From assembly GCF_052425735.1 (NCBI RefSeq), contig NC_135765.1, positions 32,736,001 to 32,800,000 of the forward strand: a stretch of DNA of 64,000 bases. The letters are read 5' to 3'. The stretch is from Oculina patagonica (taxonomy: Eukaryota). Within the stretch, counting starts at the first letter, position 1. Each line of letters begins with the position of its first letter. Shown one piece after another: positions 61,612 to 64,000 of the stretch. The notes under the pieces are model-generated. The model searched no databases. It saw only the letters and a list, made by a program, of their open reading frames with translations, and was not told where the DNA came from. The translations under genes were made by a program, and so were the position numbers.

Positions 61612-64000
61612 TTCTGAAATAAGTAAAAAAAATCGTTGTGAGGGTTGGCCGTGAAATTACTTTGATGGGTAACCCAGCTCGAGTGTAAACTATATCATAC
61701 TGACGAAAGGCTGAATACAGTCGTCGGAACAGGTGTCATGTGTGTACCGAAGAAGTCCGGGTACAAACGCAGCTGCCACTTTCCTTGACTCTTCACTGAG
61801 CAGAAAACAGTTTTCACCGACTATAATACAACTAAGGACGATCATGTGAAAGAAGCTGGCCAAGCTTGCTTAAACTTCTAATTCTTTTGCAGAATACAAA
61901 TTTTATTAGCTACAAAAAGACGACCGTTATCAACAACACCCGTTATTAAACCCAGCTCAAACCTTTAAATAAAATGCTCTGACTTGGAAACTTCCTGTCC
62001 AAATGTTAAATTGCTTGACTGTTTCGACCTTGAAAACTGTTTTTCCTGACTTTTCCAGATATCTGTGGCATTACTGTTACAAGTCACCCCAGTGATGCAT
62101 CAGCACCGTAAAAACTACGAAAACTAAGGTACAGTGTTTTCTTTATTCATTTATCTTTTAACAATCGTGAGCGCGGTCAAATGAGCTGCGAGTAAGCGAA
62201 AATTGAGAACCAAAATCTCCCTGTCAAACGAGAGGTAACCCTTGCAGTGGAATTGACCTTAATGAAAAAATAAAGAAGTCTAAATTTAAAGTGAGCGCAC
62301 CGGGGGAGAGGCACGGTCAATTTAAGATCGGTGAGTGCTGCAAATATTTATAAACCTAGATCCTATTCAAGGATAGAAAATCGAAAAAAGGATGCCATTC
62401 ATAAGGACAAGCACAACGACAAAAAGGGTAAAAAAAATATCGTTTTTATTAAATCGCTCTGCTGGTAGTTCAGAATATATCTTTTTCAATTAGCTGGACG
62501 TTTACGTACTGTAATTTTACCTATATCTGAGGATCACACCAGTATCACAATGCCAAAAGGAACGAAAAGGATACACTCCCCTTGTTAATCATTACGGAGA
62601 ACCTCAAAAACCATATCTTATCCTGCGCACATACCTATATAGCCCACATATTGGAGCCACCCCCCCCCCCCCCCCCCCCCTCCGCCCTCAAAGGATAGCG
62701 AAGGAGAGTCGATTATAGTACATGGAAATAACCAGTCAAACGGGCCTGGCGAGAGTTTAATATTTTTCTTCTAGTTCCGTCAACTTTTGTTCCCGTTTGG
62801 TTGATTATCCGAGACAAGCACTAATTTGTTAAGTCCTAAACAGGACTTAGACAGCTTCATTCTCAATTTTAGCTCGGCAATCAATTGTAACTTTATAAGA
62901 AACGTTGAAATATACATTGTAAACAAATTTCACAGCTGCTTTATTTGCCTTCTCAAAAATTTAAACCAAAGTGCAACATCTTTTTATTTTTAGTTGTCGA
63001 ATTTTCCAAATACTTTTCATATTTGGTACGCCAGAATACGCTTTCTGAAATTCTAGTGTGAGGGTTGCACTTAAGATGTTGCATGTATTTGTGTCAGACC
63101 GAAATAAGATAAGAACTTAAGAAAATTTATTTTTGTTCAGTGTATAGTTTAGTTTAGCTCCTTTTATCTAAACTGCAATCTGTCCGACCACTACAAGTTG
63201 AAGTTAAAAGCCTGCAGACGACTCACAAATTTACCTTAGTGAAATTAAATGATCCTACCTGATTTTAAAAGTCTTGACAAGTAAAAAACTGTCCATTGAT
63301 TAAAAGATGAGTAAAAGGTGTTAATGCGCTGCCCAATACTCTGCACTCTTACAATTATAAAATAAATTGAGGCAAAAAGGAGTTAAAAATGTTGAAAAAG
63401 GCGATTAAATATTAAAGCAACCTATAGAGAGAAAATCTACCACATATATTGTGTTTATGTCGTATATTGTTTTGTTTTCGCAAACAGAAGTTTTCAGCGT
63501 ACATAAATGTTCTTTCAGCTTCCTGAAACCGTGTTTGAACAAAAGCGTACGTGATAAATTCTAAAGCTCTTGCCGGCTAATTGTGAAATAATATTTCACA
63601 TTTTTAATTTGTTTCGACCACTGCCAAGAACGCAGCATGTCAATAAAGATATAATTGAAGGTGGGTGATCAAAGATTTTTTTATTTTAACTAACCCGCCT
63701 TATAAATTCATTTATCAAAACTGCATCATTCAATGAAGATGGCAGGGATCGATGTCAGGGTTGGAAACTAAAATTTTGGAGCACCCGCTATCTGGGCGAG
63801 TGACCTTCAATTTGCGCTCGCCCAGATTAATTTTCACTCGCCCAGTCTCCTTTATAAAAGAAAGGAAAATTTAGCCCCCTCCCCCCTACAAATAATAAAA
63901 TATATAACCAAAATTTTTAATCACGTTCGATACTCATCGTGTCACAGTGGTGGTCGATCGCAATACAGACTGCAATCTATTTCTTCAATGAAAATTCGCC

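Larger units (their letters stand above)
52900..63740. repeat. Tandem segmental duplication: unit D ~52900-57160 and unit E ~58410-63740
   Basis: Colinear non-coding similarity at both ends (GAATGCGTxTGATCAAATCGCG at ~52940/~58455; GGTGATCAAA..AACCC(A/G)CCTTA at ~57075/~63665) and throughout introns and UTRs. Confidence 0.88.

Noticed and set aside
35448-63430. Non-coding 5' exons of the array genes (candidate donors near 35447, 51280, 56648, 63258)
   Set aside because: Acceptors just before each ATG imply such exons exist, but boundaries cannot be fixed without transcripts, so they are not listed as features.

Overview
Eukaryotic, AT-rich, repeat-dense genomic DNA with GT-AG introns. The gene families and repeat types point to a cnidarian, most likely a scleractinian coral (inference). 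Ten host protein-coding genes can be built from the sequence: two paralogous intronless class A GPCRs (968-1975, 25782-26813), a two-exon GPI-anchored Ly6/uPAR three-finger protein (7358-10086), a 2049-aa repeat-built coiled-coil protein with a 6-kb exon (13209-22771), an MFSD6-like transporter (minus, 28515-31483), and a tandem array of five minus-strand genes (32760-61611). Each array gene encodes signal peptide + PAN/Apple domain + a ~200-aa beta-rich domain I cannot assign to a known family. The array is the best candidate for an undescribed system. Its second domain has a conserved framework with five discrete variable patches, like a diversifying recognition module, and its middle copy is a chimera of the two subfamilies flanking it. 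The rest is a 5'-truncated L2-type LINE fused to a SINE, other SINEs, many MITEs, and a circularly permuted tRNA-containing unit. No rRNA, bona fide tRNA or CRISPR array is supported.
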